NCBI GenBank assembly: GCA_017623265.1
Contig: JAGAPM010000108.1
Location: forward strand, 1-26,963
Reading direction: 5' to 3'
Source: Lentisphaeria bacterium
GTDB lineage: Bacteria; Verrucomicrobiota; Lentisphaeria; Victivallales; UBA1829
Length of the DNA stretch: 26,963 nucleotides
This document shows positions 14,945 through 23,664 of the stretch, piece by piece. Made by a program: the position numbers and the translations under genes. Below the pieces are notes generated by a model. That model searched no databases and had not been told where the DNA came from. It was given only the letters and a program-made list of their open reading frames with translations. Every line of letters begins with the position of its first letter. Position 1 is the stretch's first letter.

Positions 14945-15745
14945 ATGATCCATTATCTTTATCCGGGCGGAAAGAAACTCGCCCTGACATTCAGTTACGA
15001 TGATGGCGCCGAATCGGATCGCCGTCTCTCCGATCTGTTCAGCGAAAACGGCATGAAAGGCACATTCAACCTGTGCGGATCATGGCTGGACAAGAACGGC
15101 AGACTCCGCAGCGATGAGTTGAAAAGTCTGTTCATCGACCGGGGTCACGAAGTGGCTTGTCACGGTTTTGAACATCCCTTTGAAGAAAAACTGCCCCCGG
15201 CAGATGTGGTGGAAGATATCCGGAAGGACCGTCTGTTTCTGGAACAGGCGACCGGCGGAATGGTGCGTGGCTTTGCCTATCCTTTCGGCACATTCAATGA
15301 TGATGTGAAGCATGTTCTCCGCACCATGGGGATCTGCTATGCAAGAACAGTCCATGCAATCAATGATGTACGCCAAACACCGGAAGATTTTCTGGAATGG
15401 AACCCAACCTGTCACCACAACGGGGATATTACCGGTCACATGGAAGCCATGCTGCATGAATGCACCCCCTTCTGCGACCTGCTCTATATCTGGGGACACT
15501 CCACCGAATTCAACGGAGCGAAGAACTGGGACAAGATCGAAACCTTCTGCCGGACCTACGGCAATAACGATCAGATCTGGTACGCAACCAATCTGGAAAT
15601 CTTCGATTACCTTCAGGCATACCATCGGCTCATCTTCAGTATGGATAAAAAGAAGGTGCAGAACCCCGGCATGATCCCCGTCTGGCTGAAGGCAGAAGGG
15701 AATGTGTTCGAAGTCAACCCCGGCGCCACGGTGGAGATCGGCTGA
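14945..15745 (+). CDS. Polysaccharide deacetylase (CE4/NodB-like), 266 aa
   Basis: LTFSYDDG motif 1, HEVACHGFEH (HxxxH), FAYPFG, LYIWGHS; SD AAGGAG. Confidence 0.9.
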   Translation: MIHYLYPGGKKLALTFSYDDGAESDRRLSDLFSENGMKGTFNLCGSWLDKNGRLRSDELKSLFIDRGHEVACHGFEHPFEEKLPPADVVEDIRKDRLFLEQATGGMVRGFAYPFGTFNDDVKHVLRTMGICYARTVHAINDVRQTPEDFLEWNPTCHHNGDITGHMEAMLHECTPFCDLLYIWGHSTEFNGAKNWDKIETFCRTYGNNDQIWYATNLEIFDYLQAYHRLIFSMDKKKVQNPGMIPVWLKAEGNVFEVNPGATVEIG

Positions 15746-15747
15746 TC

Positions 15748-16212
15748 ATGCGGCTCCGGACGGCACAGCTTGCGGATGCGGAGGCGATCGCCGCCCTGTG
15801 GCGTGCGTCGATCCGCATCACTTGTGCCCCGGCGTACGGCTATGACGAAGCAGTGATCGGGCCGTGGGCGGAGAGCAAAACAGCGCAGACGGTGGCGGAA
15901 CTGATCGCATGCGAAGAGTTCTTTCTCGTTGCCGATGAGGGCGGCGTCATTGCCGGATTTCTCTGCGGCTCATTCTCGCTCAACACCTTCGCACTGTTTG
16001 TGGATCCAAGCCGGCAGCATAGCGGAGTCGGGACCCGTCTGTTCCGTTGTTATGAAAATCTTGCCCGGGTATCCGGTCAGCGTGAACTTTCATTTCACAG
16101 TTCCCTGAATGCGGTTCCGTTCTACGAGAAACAGGGGGCAGTTATTGCGGGCGAACCAGTCACAGAACCACGCCCCTGCATCCCCATGAGAAAGGTCATT
16201 ACACCCTTATGA
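15748..16212 (+). CDS. GNAT family N-acetyltransferase, 154 aa
   Basis: LFVDPSRQHSGVGTRL acetyl-CoA motif A; SSLNAVPFYEKQG motif B. Confidence 0.9.
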   Translation: MRLRTAQLADAEAIAALWRASIRITCAPAYGYDEAVIGPWAESKTAQTVAELIACEEFFLVADEGGVIAGFLCGSFSLNTFALFVDPSRQHSGVGTRLFRCYENLARVSGQRELSFHSSLNAVPFYEKQGAVIAGEPVTEPRPCIPMRKVITPL

Positions 16213-17441
16213 GTCAATACGATATTGTAGTCTGCGGCAGCGGTCCTGCCGGACTTTCTGCGGCATTGGCGGCGGCAGAATGCGGCAAAAAAGTACTGCT
16301 TGCCGAACGATTGAGCCGTCCTTCCGTAAAACTTCTTGCCAGCGGCGGCGGCAGATGCAACTTCAGCAACAATCTGCCGGAAGCGAAATTTATGGAATCT
16401 TTCGGACGGAACGGGCGCTTTATGACAGATGCCCTCCGGGTCGGCGGGCGGGAGTGGCTGTTGGATTTTCTTTCCACCCATAACGTCACACCCGTTCTGG
16501 AAGATGGGGTTCACTATTTTCCGGAAAGCGGCTGCGCATCGGACATCCGGGATGCCTTTCTGGATGAGTTCAAAGCGTTGGGCGGCGTGCTGAAAACGGA
16601 TTTGAAAATCACGGGCATCACCCTTGCAGAGGATGGTTCTGTTTCCGGAGTGGAAACGGAACACGGCGGCGGCAGCTGTTCCAAGCTGGTCCTGGCAGCG
16701 GGCGGGATGGCGATAAGTACCCTCGGCGGCACGTCTTCCGGGCTGGATCTGGCACGGCGGACGGGTCATACGATCGTCAAACCTCTGCCGGCGATGGCTC
16801 CGCTGCGGATCGAAGAAAAAATGAACCTTGCGGGAGTCTCCCTGCCGGCGGCATCCCTCTCCTTCGTTGCAGAACGGAAACGGGTGTCCGCCACGGGAGA
16901 ACTGGTCTTTACGCATGATGGTTTTTCCGGTCCGGCGGCATTGGATGTTTCAGCGGCGGCATATCGGGCATTTGAGCGTGAAGAATCATTAGAGATCGCA
17001 TTTTCACCGGTCGCAAAAATGGATGCCGCCAAGTGGAAACTGCAGTTGGAAGACGCCCGCGCCAGAGAACCAAAAAAGTTTCTGCGGACCAGCCTGGGGA
17101 AATTTCTGCCTCACTCGCTGGCGGACTGGCTGTGCAGTGAAATGGGGCTGCGGGAAGTGTTGAATGCCGCCCTTTCCAATGTGGTGATCGAGGAATTTTC
17201 CCGCTATCTGGCGGCAGTTCCGCTGCATATTTCCGCTCTCTGCCCCATGGACAAAGCCATGGCGATGTCCGGCGGTGTTTCCCTGAAGGAAGTAAATCCG
17301 AAGACGATGGAGAGCCGCCTGGTGCCGGGTCTGTATTTTGCCGGAGAGATCCTGGATCTTGCCGGTCCCTGCGGCGGCTATCACATCCAGTTTGCCATTG
17401 CCAGCGGCAGACTGGCGGGACTTTCTGCGGCGGAGTCTTGA
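16209..17441 (+). CDS. HI0933/YhiN/BaiN-family FAD/NAD(P)-dependent oxidoreductase, 410 aa
   Basis: GSGPAGLSAA, KLLASGGGRCNFSN, LAAGG, GELVFTHDGFSGPA, AMSGGVSLKEVNPKTMES, LYFAGEILDLAGPCGGY. Confidence 0.93.
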   Translation: MSQYDIVVCGSGPAGLSAALAAAECGKKVLLAERLSRPSVKLLASGGGRCNFSNNLPEAKFMESFGRNGRFMTDALRVGGREWLLDFLSTHNVTPVLEDGVHYFPESGCASDIRDAFLDEFKALGGVLKTDLKITGITLAEDGSVSGVETEHGGGSCSKLVLAAGGMAISTLGGTSSGLDLARRTGHTIVKPLPAMAPLRIEEKMNLAGVSLPAASLSFVAERKRVSATGELVFTHDGFSGPAALDVSAAAYRAFEREESLEIAFSPVAKMDAAKWKLQLEDARAREPKKFLRTSLGKFLPHSLADWLCSEMGLREVLNAALSNVVIEEFSRYLAAVPLHISALCPMDKAMAMSGGVSLKEVNPKTMESRLVPGLYFAGEILDLAGPCGGYHIQFAIASGRLAGLSAAES

Positions 17442-17465
17442 AAAAAGACATTTCTGCGCTATATT
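17438..17465 (+). promoter_or_regulatory. Promoter of icd
   Basis: TTGAAA(17438-43, overlapping the upstream stop codon)-N16-TATATT(17460-65). Confidence 0.6.
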
Positions 17466-17517
17466 ATACGGAACAAAAAAGCAATAACAAACATCAAAAT
17501 ACATACAGGAGCGAACA

Positions 17518-18771
17518 ATGGCTTACGACAAGATCAAAGTGCCTGCAAACGGCGAAAAGATCACCATGGGTGCAGACGGCAAACTGAACGTGCCGGATCA
17601 CCCGATCATCACTTACATCGAAGGCGACGGCACCGGTCCGGACATCACCAAAGCATCCATGATGATCTGGAACGCTGCAGTGGAAAAAGCGTACGGAGGC
17701 AAGCGCAAGATCGAGTGGATGGAAGTCTATGCCGGTGAAAAATCCAATGCGGTCTACGGCGAAGGCACCTGGCTGCCCCAGGAAACGATGGATGCGATCC
17801 GGGAATACGGGATCTCCATCAAGGGCCCTCTGACCACGCCCGTCGGCAAAGGTTTCCGCTCTCTGAATGTGACTCTGCGTCAGCAGCTGGATCTCTATGT
17901 GTGCCTGCGTCCGGTCCGTTACTTTACCGGCGTGCCCTCCCCGGTGAAACATCCGGAGAAAACTGACATGGTGGTGTTCCGGGAAAATACGGAAGACATC
18001 TATGCAGGGATCGAATGGAGTTCCGGCAGTCCGGAAGCACAGAAGGTCATTGACTTCCTGCAGAACGAAATGGGCGTGAGCAAGATCCGTTTTCCGGAAA
18101 CCAGCGCCATCGGGATCAAACCGGTCTCAAAAGAAGGCAGCGAACGGCTGGTTCGCGCTGCGATCGAATATGCCATTGCCAACAACCGCAAGAGCGTTAC
18201 CCTTGTCCATAAGGGTAATATTATGAAGTTTACGGAAGGCGGCTTCAAAGATTGGGGCTATGATCTGGCGAGACGGGAATTCGGCGACAAAGTTGCCGTG
18301 GCGGCAGACTGCGACTGGAAAGCACCGGAAGGCAAGATCCTCATCAAGGATTGTATCTGCGATGCGTTCCTGCAGCAGATCCTGACCCGTCCGGATGAAT
18401 ACGATGTGATCGCAACGATGAACCTGAACGGGGACTATGTTTCCGATGCACTCGCCGCTTGCGTGGGCGGGATCGGGATCGCTCCCGGCGCCAATATCAA
18501 CTACAAAACCGGTATGGCGATCTTTGAAGCGACCCACGGAACTGCACCCAAATATGCGGGCATGGATAAAGTCAACCCGTCCAGTCTTGCCCTCTCCGGC
18601 GAGATGCTGCTGCGTCACATCGGCTGGACCGAAGCGGCGGATCTGGTGGGTAAAGGTATCGAAGGAGCCATCACGAAAAAGCTGGTCACTTACGACTTTG
18701 CACGGTTGATGGAAGGCGCCACCGAACTTTCCTGCTCCGGCTTTGCCAAGGCGGTGGTCGATGCCATGTGA
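17518..18771 (+). CDS. icd: Isocitrate dehydrogenase (E. coli-like homodimeric NADP type), 417 aa
   Basis: [64 protein letters not shown]; SD AGGAG. Confidence 0.97.
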   Translation: MAYDKIKVPANGEKITMGADGKLNVPDHPIITYIEGDGTGPDITKASMMIWNAAVEKAYGGKRKIEWMEVYAGEKSNAVYGEGTWLPQETMDAIREYGISIKGPLTTPVGKGFRSLNVTLRQQLDLYVCLRPVRYFTGVPSPVKHPEKTDMVVFRENTEDIYAGIEWSSGSPEAQKVIDFLQNEMGVSKIRFPETSAIGIKPVSKEGSERLVRAAIEYAIANNRKSVTLVHKGNIMKFTEGGFKDWGYDLARREFGDKVAVAADCDWKAPEGKILIKDCICDAFLQQILTRPDEYDVIATMNLNGDYVSDALAACVGGIGIAPGANINYKTGMAIFEATHGTAPKYAGMDKVNPSSLALSGEMLLRHIGWTEAADLVGKGIEGAITKKLVTYDFARLMEGATELSCSGFAKAVVDAM

Positions 18772-19177
18772 TCCGGAAAAGATCACATACCACATGGACC
18801 GGCTGCCCGATGAACAGCAAGTCACCGGGCTTTACCGGGAAACCGGGTGGATCACGGAGGGGATGGATGTTTCATTCGTCCCCGCCATGTTGAAAAATTC
18901 ATTTGCCATTGCCACCGCATACGAAGGGGACCGGCTGATCGGCATGATGCGCGCACTTTCCGATGGTGTGAGTGATGCTTATCTGCTGGATCTTGTGGTG
19001 GCAAAAGACTGCCGGAAAATGGGGATCGGCAAGAAGGTGCTGGATCTTCTGTGCAGTCATCTGAAGGAACTGGGGATCGACTGGATCGTATGGATCGGCG
19101 CCCCCGGAACCGAAAAATTTTATACAGCCAGTAACGCAGCGATCATGGAGGATTATATACCATACCGGCTGAACTGA
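18761..19177 (+). CDS. GNAT family N-acetyltransferase, about 138 aa
   Basis: [19 protein letters not shown]...RKMGIGK; start ATG 18761 overlaps the icd stop by 11 nt. Confidence 0.85.
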   Translation: MPCDPEKITYHMDRLPDEQQVTGLYRETGWITEGMDVSFVPAMLKNSFAIATAYEGDRLIGMMRALSDGVSDAYLLDLVVAKDCRKMGIGKKVLDLLCSHLKELGIDWIVWIGAPGTEKFYTASNAAIMEDYIPYRLN

Positions 19178-19198
19178 AAAAGGGGGAACAGCAAACTT

Positions 19199-20113
19199 AT
19201 GAAAAACGGATTTCAAGCGTCAAACTTCAAGCGGGTGGAAATTTCCGACAGCGGAAAGCTGATCCCGCGTCTCACGGCGTCCTGCGTCAACAGTTGTGAA
19301 TTTCCCTTCGGGAACCTTTATGTATGGGGTTATCCCTGCGGTACCAGCTGGCAGGAATATAAGGACCACCTCTACTTCTATCTGCCCTGCATGGATGAAC
19401 TTTATTTCATGGATACGGCAGAAAATCCCCCGCCGCCGGAGGAACTGATCGAGATTGCAAAAGCCATGCAGTCGAAGGGCAGAGAAGGCAGTTTCTTTCA
19501 GGTGCGTCAGGAATATATAGATCAGCATAAAGATGTTTTGGAACAATACTTTGTGATCGAACAGCTGCCGGAGGAAACGGCGGAATATATCTACTCCGTA
19601 CAGGCGCTTGTGGAATTGAAAGGGGAAAAGCTGCGGAAGAAACGGAACCTGATCAAACAGTTTGAACGGGACTATCCCAACACCCGGCTGGAAGATGTCA
19701 AACCCGGCAGAGTGCTGGAGGATTGTCTCGCACTCGCCGCCGAATGGCGTGCCGGTCAGGAAGATCCCGATACGGAAGAACTGATCATGGAGTCTGAAGC
19801 GCTTGCACACTTGAAAGACGGCTTTGATGAAATGCAGTTTGAGGGCGTGGCGGTGTACGATAACGACCGTCTCCTCGCCTTTGCCATCTATTGCCAGATC
19901 AATGGGGAGATGTTCACGGAGTCCTTTGAAAAAAGCCGGTTCAACTGCAAAGGCGCAGCACAGTTTGTGAATCACGCCATGGCAAAACGTCTGGCGGATC
20001 GCTGCCGTTACATCAACCGGGAACAGGATCTGGGCTCGGCAGGGTTGCGACAGGCAAAACTTTCCTACGATCCGATCCTGTTGCTGCGGAACTATTCCCT
20101 CACTCCCCGTTGA
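19199..20113 (+). CDS. DUF2156 / phosphatidylglycerol lysyltransferase C-terminal-like (aa-tRNA transferase fold) protein, 304 aa
   Basis: CEFPFGNLYVW, YIY...LVELKGEKLRKKRNLIKQF, FEKS, YINREQDLGSAGLRQAKLSYDP are characteristic of this family. Confidence 0.88.
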   Translation: MKNGFQASNFKRVEISDSGKLIPRLTASCVNSCEFPFGNLYVWGYPCGTSWQEYKDHLYFYLPCMDELYFMDTAENPPPPEELIEIAKAMQSKGREGSFFQVRQEYIDQHKDVLEQYFVIEQLPEETAEYIYSVQALVELKGEKLRKKRNLIKQFERDYPNTRLEDVKPGRVLEDCLALAAEWRAGQEDPDTEELIMESEALAHLKDGFDEMQFEGVAVYDNDRLLAFAIYCQINGEMFTESFEKSRFNCKGAAQFVNHAMAKRLADRCRYINREQDLGSAGLRQAKLSYDPILLLRNYSLTPR

Positions 20114-21092
20114 CCAGACGGGGCGCCGCGATCACAGCCACATCATCCGATCTCGAAACACCGCCGGAGATGCGGCGGAACAACTCTTCCAGCCCCAATT
20201 CTGCTCCGGTCTGCGCCCCCAGATCAATGGATGCCGGACGGGGGTAAAGTCCTGCCAGATATTCGGGTGTACGATTGCAGGAGATCACAGTCGGCAATGT
20301 TTTTCCGTTTTTGAGAAATACCCGGTATAAAAAGGCAGTCAACCGGTCTTCCGGCGAAAAGATTCCATCCGCTCCGGTCAGCTCCGGCAACGCCTTTTCC
20401 AATGCGTTTTCCAATGAAGAATCGTTGCATTCTTCCAATATTTCTCCTTGAGGCAGAATAAGTTCCACCGTCCGGCAATCCGCTTCCGGCATCCGGTTGA
20501 AATATTCAAAGCGGAACCCTTCCAGACGGGCGGGGAATCCGGGATTGCAGGAAAAAATATCAAGACAGACAGGGCGCCGTATCTGTTTTCCGATCAGGTA
20601 TCGGGCAGCGATCCTTCCGGCAAAATCGTTTCCCATCAGCACAGAAGGCTCGCCACCGCTTGTCCGGTAACTGTTCAGCCAGACATGAGGGATATGTTCC
20701 AGCACTTCCCCCACATTTCCGGGGTCGTGTCCCACCAGCAGCACTCCCGCAAGATCCCCATGAAAATGACGGGACTCCAGTTCCCGTGGCTGGATCTCCG
20801 GAGAAAGTAGCACAAGATCCCACTTCCGCGGCAGTTTTGATGCAATCACATGAAGTTTGTTCATCAACACCCGGGGATCCGATTCACTGCCCGGCAGCAG
20901 AAGAAGCCCGATCTTCCCCCCGGTCCGCGCCGCCGCACGGCTGCCCGGAGCATCCGGACCAAGCTGTTTCAATATCTTCAGAATCTTTTCCCGTTTTTCC
21001 GGCGCAACACTGCCGGTCCCACTCAAAACCCGGGAAACAGTCGCCGGGGAAACATTTGCCATTTCAGCGATAGTGCGAACAGTTTGTTTCAT
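20100..21092 (-). CDS. LacI-family transcriptional regulator, 330 aa
   Basis: TVRTIAEMANVSPATVSRVL HTH, hinge REKILKI, periplasmic-binding-protein-like effector domain (RLEGF, IFSPED, ASIDLG). Start set at ATG 21092 (AAGGAG). Confidence 0.92.
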   Translation of the reverse strand: MKQTVRTIAEMANVSPATVSRVLSGTGSVAPEKREKILKILKQLGPDAPGSRAAARTGGKIGLLLLPGSESDPRVLMNKLHVIASKLPRKWDLVLLSPEIQPRELESRHFHGDLAGVLLVGHDPGNVGEVLEHIPHVWLNSYRTSGGEPSVLMGNDFAGRIAARYLIGKQIRRPVCLDIFSCNPGFPARLEGFRFEYFNRMPEADCRTVELILPQGEILEECNDSSLENALEKALPELTGADGIFSPEDRLTAFLYRVFLKNGKTLPTVISCNRTPEYLAGLYPRPASIDLGAQTGAELGLEELFRRISGGVSRSDDVAVIAAPRLVNGE

Positions 21093-21117
21093 AGCTTTAT
21101 TCTCCTTCTCTACACTC

Positions 21118-21146
21118 AATATAGCAATGTTTCAGAAACATTTCAA
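21118..21146 (-). promoter_or_regulatory. lacI-like gene promoter overlapped by a palindromic operator
   Basis: Minus strand TTGAAA(21146-41)-N17-TATATT(21123-18). Perfect inverted repeat AATGTTTC-A-GAAACATT (21126-21142) fills the spacer and resembles LacI-type TGAAAC/GTTTCA half-sites. Confidence 0.65.
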
Positions 21147-21236
21147 GTCTTTGTTTCACAAAATTCAACAGAATTTCTGGAAAAAGCGGCAACGCAGCTG
21201 TAAAGTATGATCACAAATACAGAATTGGAGGCTGCA

Positions 21237-22094
21237 ATGAAAAAAGATATTCACTGGCACGGGATCATTGTCCCGGCTGTTACCCCGATGAAAGATCCTT
21301 ACACCGTGGATCTGACCGCCGTACAGAAACATTTTGATTACATGATCGCCGGCGGTGTAAACGGTATTTTTATCCTTGGAACAACCGGCGAGGGACCGGC
21401 GATCGGTCATGCGGAACAACGGAAATTCATCCGGGAATCCGTGAGAGCCGTGGCTGGGCGTGTACCGTTGCTGGTGGGGATCAGTGAGGCGTCCGGCACC
21501 GACACATTGGAAGTCGGGAAGTTCGCTTTGGAGGCAGGCGCAGACGGACTGGTTGCCGCCATTCCCTGTTATCTGCCGCCCTCGGATGATGATATTTACA
21601 GTTTTTACAAAACGCTGTCTGAGACCTTCCCCGGGAAAGTGTTCATCTACAATATGCCGGGGATGTGCAAAGTGAACCTGAAGCCGGAACTGGTGGTGGA
21701 ACTGCTGAAACTGGAGGGTATTGCCGGATACAAGGACAGCTCCGGCGTGATCGAAGACCTGAAGTATGTGGTGAAACGGACCGCAAAACCGTGCTTCGTG
21801 GGACCGGAACATCTGACCATGGATGCCATGAGCCTCGGCGCGGCAGGAGGCGTAAACGGCGGAGCCAACCTCTACCCGGAACTGTTTGCAAATCTTATAA
21901 AAGCAGTGGATAACAACGACATTTCTGCAAAAGATGCGGCACAGAATGAGATCATGTCCATCCAGAAGATCTACGGACCGGTCCCCAGCGCCAACAGCTG
22001 TATCTGCGGACTGAAATTGGAGCTGGCACGCAAGGGACTGATGCAGAATATCACCGCTTTCCCCCTGCAGCCGTTGAAAACCCCACTGTATTGA
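21237..22094 (+). CDS. DapA/NanA-superfamily class I aldolase (probably a sugar-acid aldolase/lyase, not DHDPS), 285 aa
   Basis: GIIVPAVTP, GTTGEG, YNMP, Schiff-base GYKDSSG, GGVNGGAN; start ATG 21237 with GGAGG. Confidence 0.9.
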   Translation: MKKDIHWHGIIVPAVTPMKDPYTVDLTAVQKHFDYMIAGGVNGIFILGTTGEGPAIGHAEQRKFIRESVRAVAGRVPLLVGISEASGTDTLEVGKFALEAGADGLVAAIPCYLPPSDDDIYSFYKTLSETFPGKVFIYNMPGMCKVNLKPELVVELLKLEGIAGYKDSSGVIEDLKYVVKRTAKPCFVGPEHLTMDAMSLGAAGGVNGGANLYPELFANLIKAVDNNDISAKDAAQNEIMSIQKIYGPVPSANSCICGLKLELARKGLMQNITAFPLQPLKTPLY

Positions 22095-22116
22095 TGATGT
22101 CGCATGGGCGCAGACC

Positions 22117-22157
22117 GCCGGTACAGCAGCAGCGCTGCTGTGCCGGCATCTTTTTTT
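22117..22157 (+). terminator. Rho-independent terminator of the aldolase gene
   Basis: 14-bp GC-rich stem GCCGGTACAGCAGC/GCTGCTGTGCCGGC followed by ATC-T7. Confidence 0.7.
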
Positions 22158-22195
22158 CAGCGGCGGCAGAGCGGGGCAAAGCCCGCCCGCCGCTG

Positions 22196-22232
22196 AAAAA
22201 AAGAAAGCCCCGCCACGGCGCGTGGCGGGGCT
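22196..22232 (-). terminator. Rho-independent terminator of the minus-strand GH-like/esterase operon
   Basis: 12-bp stem AGCCCCGCCACG/CGTGGCGGGGCT followed on the minus strand by TTC-T7. Confidence 0.75.
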
Positions 22233-22259
22233 GGTCTGCGCCCGTGGGGGCGTATCAGC

Positions 22260-23654
22260 TCAGAACGGGGCTGTTTTCGGTTCGTAGACTGTTTCATCTC
22301 CTCTACCGATGCCGCGGGTCAGGACGCTCCGTTTGAAGATGCGTCCATCTGCCGCCTTGGCGTACAGGGTATCGGGTGCATCGGGATCGAACCCGACATC
22401 CACGCACGGCACGTTGCCGGGCAGCGGCAGGATCGTATTATTTTCGCCCTGCTGGGATGTTGTCTGGATCCCGCATTCGGTAGCGGCGTACAGGCGATCG
22501 TACGCATCGATACAGATCCCCGGCGCACCGATGACGGCGGCATCGTCTTTCATATGCAGATGAGCGTGGGCATACATGGAATCCAAAGAGCCGTCCGGAC
22601 GGATGGCGAACGCATAGACAAAACGTCGTTCCGGGGTTGCGGCGTACAATCTCCATTTGTCACTGGACAAAGTCAGATCCGACACATTTCCGGGCAGTTC
22701 TGCCATCACCTTGCCATCCCGCAGGATCTGCCTGCCGCAAGCGGTGTAGGGACAGGGTGTTTTTTCCGGCATATCTCTGCACTCTGTCACTTCCCACGGT
22801 TTTTCAATGGAAACGATGTCCGCGATCCGGGGCGGATAGCCCATATTGCCCACGGGCACGGTCTGCCAGTCCTTCCAGAGAAAGCGCAGCGATTCCTCCT
22901 GAATGGTGTGATCGCCCGCACTGACGCCGTGTTTGCCATTCTGAAAAACGATAAACCGGTATTCATACCCGGCATATTTCATTGCAGAATCGGCAGACAG
23001 GGCTTCCAGATACCAGTTGCCGGAAGAGTTTTCCATGTCATCCGTCCCGACCGTCATGAAACAGCGGATAAGGCGGGGTTCATACTTGCGCATGAGGACC
23101 GTCATGGAGTCGCCGCCGCGGAAACTGGAGAAGGTGGGGCTGTTGATGAGACAGCGCCGGAAAAAGTCATTCCGTTCCCAGCAGGCGTTCCACGCACAGA
23201 TCCCGCCGGAACTGCATCCATTGATCTGGTGCATATCCGGAGACGGGTCAACCGTATAACCGGGGAGCAGCTCTGCCATGATGTCCGGCAGCAGTTCATC
23301 AATAAGCAGATCGGCATAGCCGCTGCCCAGCCCATCGTATTCCGGCGACCGGACGGTACGGTCAAAGCCGCCCTCCAGCGACGCCTTGAAAAAGGCAGCC
23401 GTCACCCCGATGTAGATCATGGGCGGGATGGTACCTTCTTTGCTGAGGCGTTCGATGATCGCCGGATCGGCTTCCCGGGGGCCATCCATGGTGAACAGAA
23501 CGGCACAGGGGGAGCCGGGCTTGACGGTTGTCGGCACATACACATCCACTTTCCGGTTGGTGCCGGATTTGACTTTTTCCGAATAATAGATGAATGTGAT
23601 CCATTCGCCGCCCAAGTCGTGTGGGTTGCGGACAATCTCTCTGATTCTGCTCAT
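22260..23654 (-). CDS. Alpha/beta-hydrolase (Fes/enterochelin-esterase-like) fused to a partial SMP-30/gluconolactonase propeller, 464 aa
   Basis: VYVP, FTMDG, RSPEYD, nucleophile elbow GCSSGGICA, candidate catalytic His in NGKHG. C-terminal LTLSSDKWRLYAA and GICIDAYDRLYAA resemble SMP-30 blades. SD AAGGAG. Confidence 0.85.
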   Translation of the reverse strand: MSRIREIVRNPHDLGGEWITFIYYSEKVKSGTNRKVDVYVPTTVKPGSPCAVLFTMDGPREADPAIIERLSKEGTIPPMIYIGVTAAFFKASLEGGFDRTVRSPEYDGLGSGYADLLIDELLPDIMAELLPGYTVDPSPDMHQINGCSSGGICAWNACWERNDFFRRCLINSPTFSSFRGGDSMTVLMRKYEPRLIRCFMTVGTDDMENSSGNWYLEALSADSAMKYAGYEYRFIVFQNGKHGVSAGDHTIQEESLRFLWKDWQTVPVGNMGYPPRIADIVSIEKPWEVTECRDMPEKTPCPYTACGRQILRDGKVMAELPGNVSDLTLSSDKWRLYAATPERRFVYAFAIRPDGSLDSMYAHAHLHMKDDAAVIGAPGICIDAYDRLYAATECGIQTTSQQGENNTILPLPGNVPCVDVGFDPDAPDTLYAKAADGRIFKRSVLTRGIGRGDETVYEPKTAPF

Positions 23655-23664
23655 ACAAAACTCC

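Larger units (their letters stand above)
22103..22246. other. 144-nt four-way-junction (cloverleaf) inverted-repeat element between convergent genes
   Basis: P1 22103-16/22233-46 (14 bp), P2 22117-30/22134-47 (14 bp), P3 22150-66/22187-203 (17 bp perfect), P4 22206-17/22221-32 (12 bp perfect). Confidence 0.85.

Noticed and set aside
21178-21211. Promoter for the aldolase gene (TGGAAA-N17-TAAAGT, or TATGAT at 21206)
   Set aside because: Two competing weak matches; not confident enough to list as a feature.
22103-22246. tRNA or CRISPR interpretation of the cloverleaf
   Set aside because: Stems of 12-17 bp and loops of 3-6 nt are incompatible with tRNA, with no T-loop, anticodon loop or CCA. 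There are no direct repeats with spacers anywhere in the window.
22091-22336. 81-aa ORF spanning the cloverleaf element
   Set aside because: Low-complexity translation of inverted repeats; it crosses a terminator and overlaps the esterase gene.
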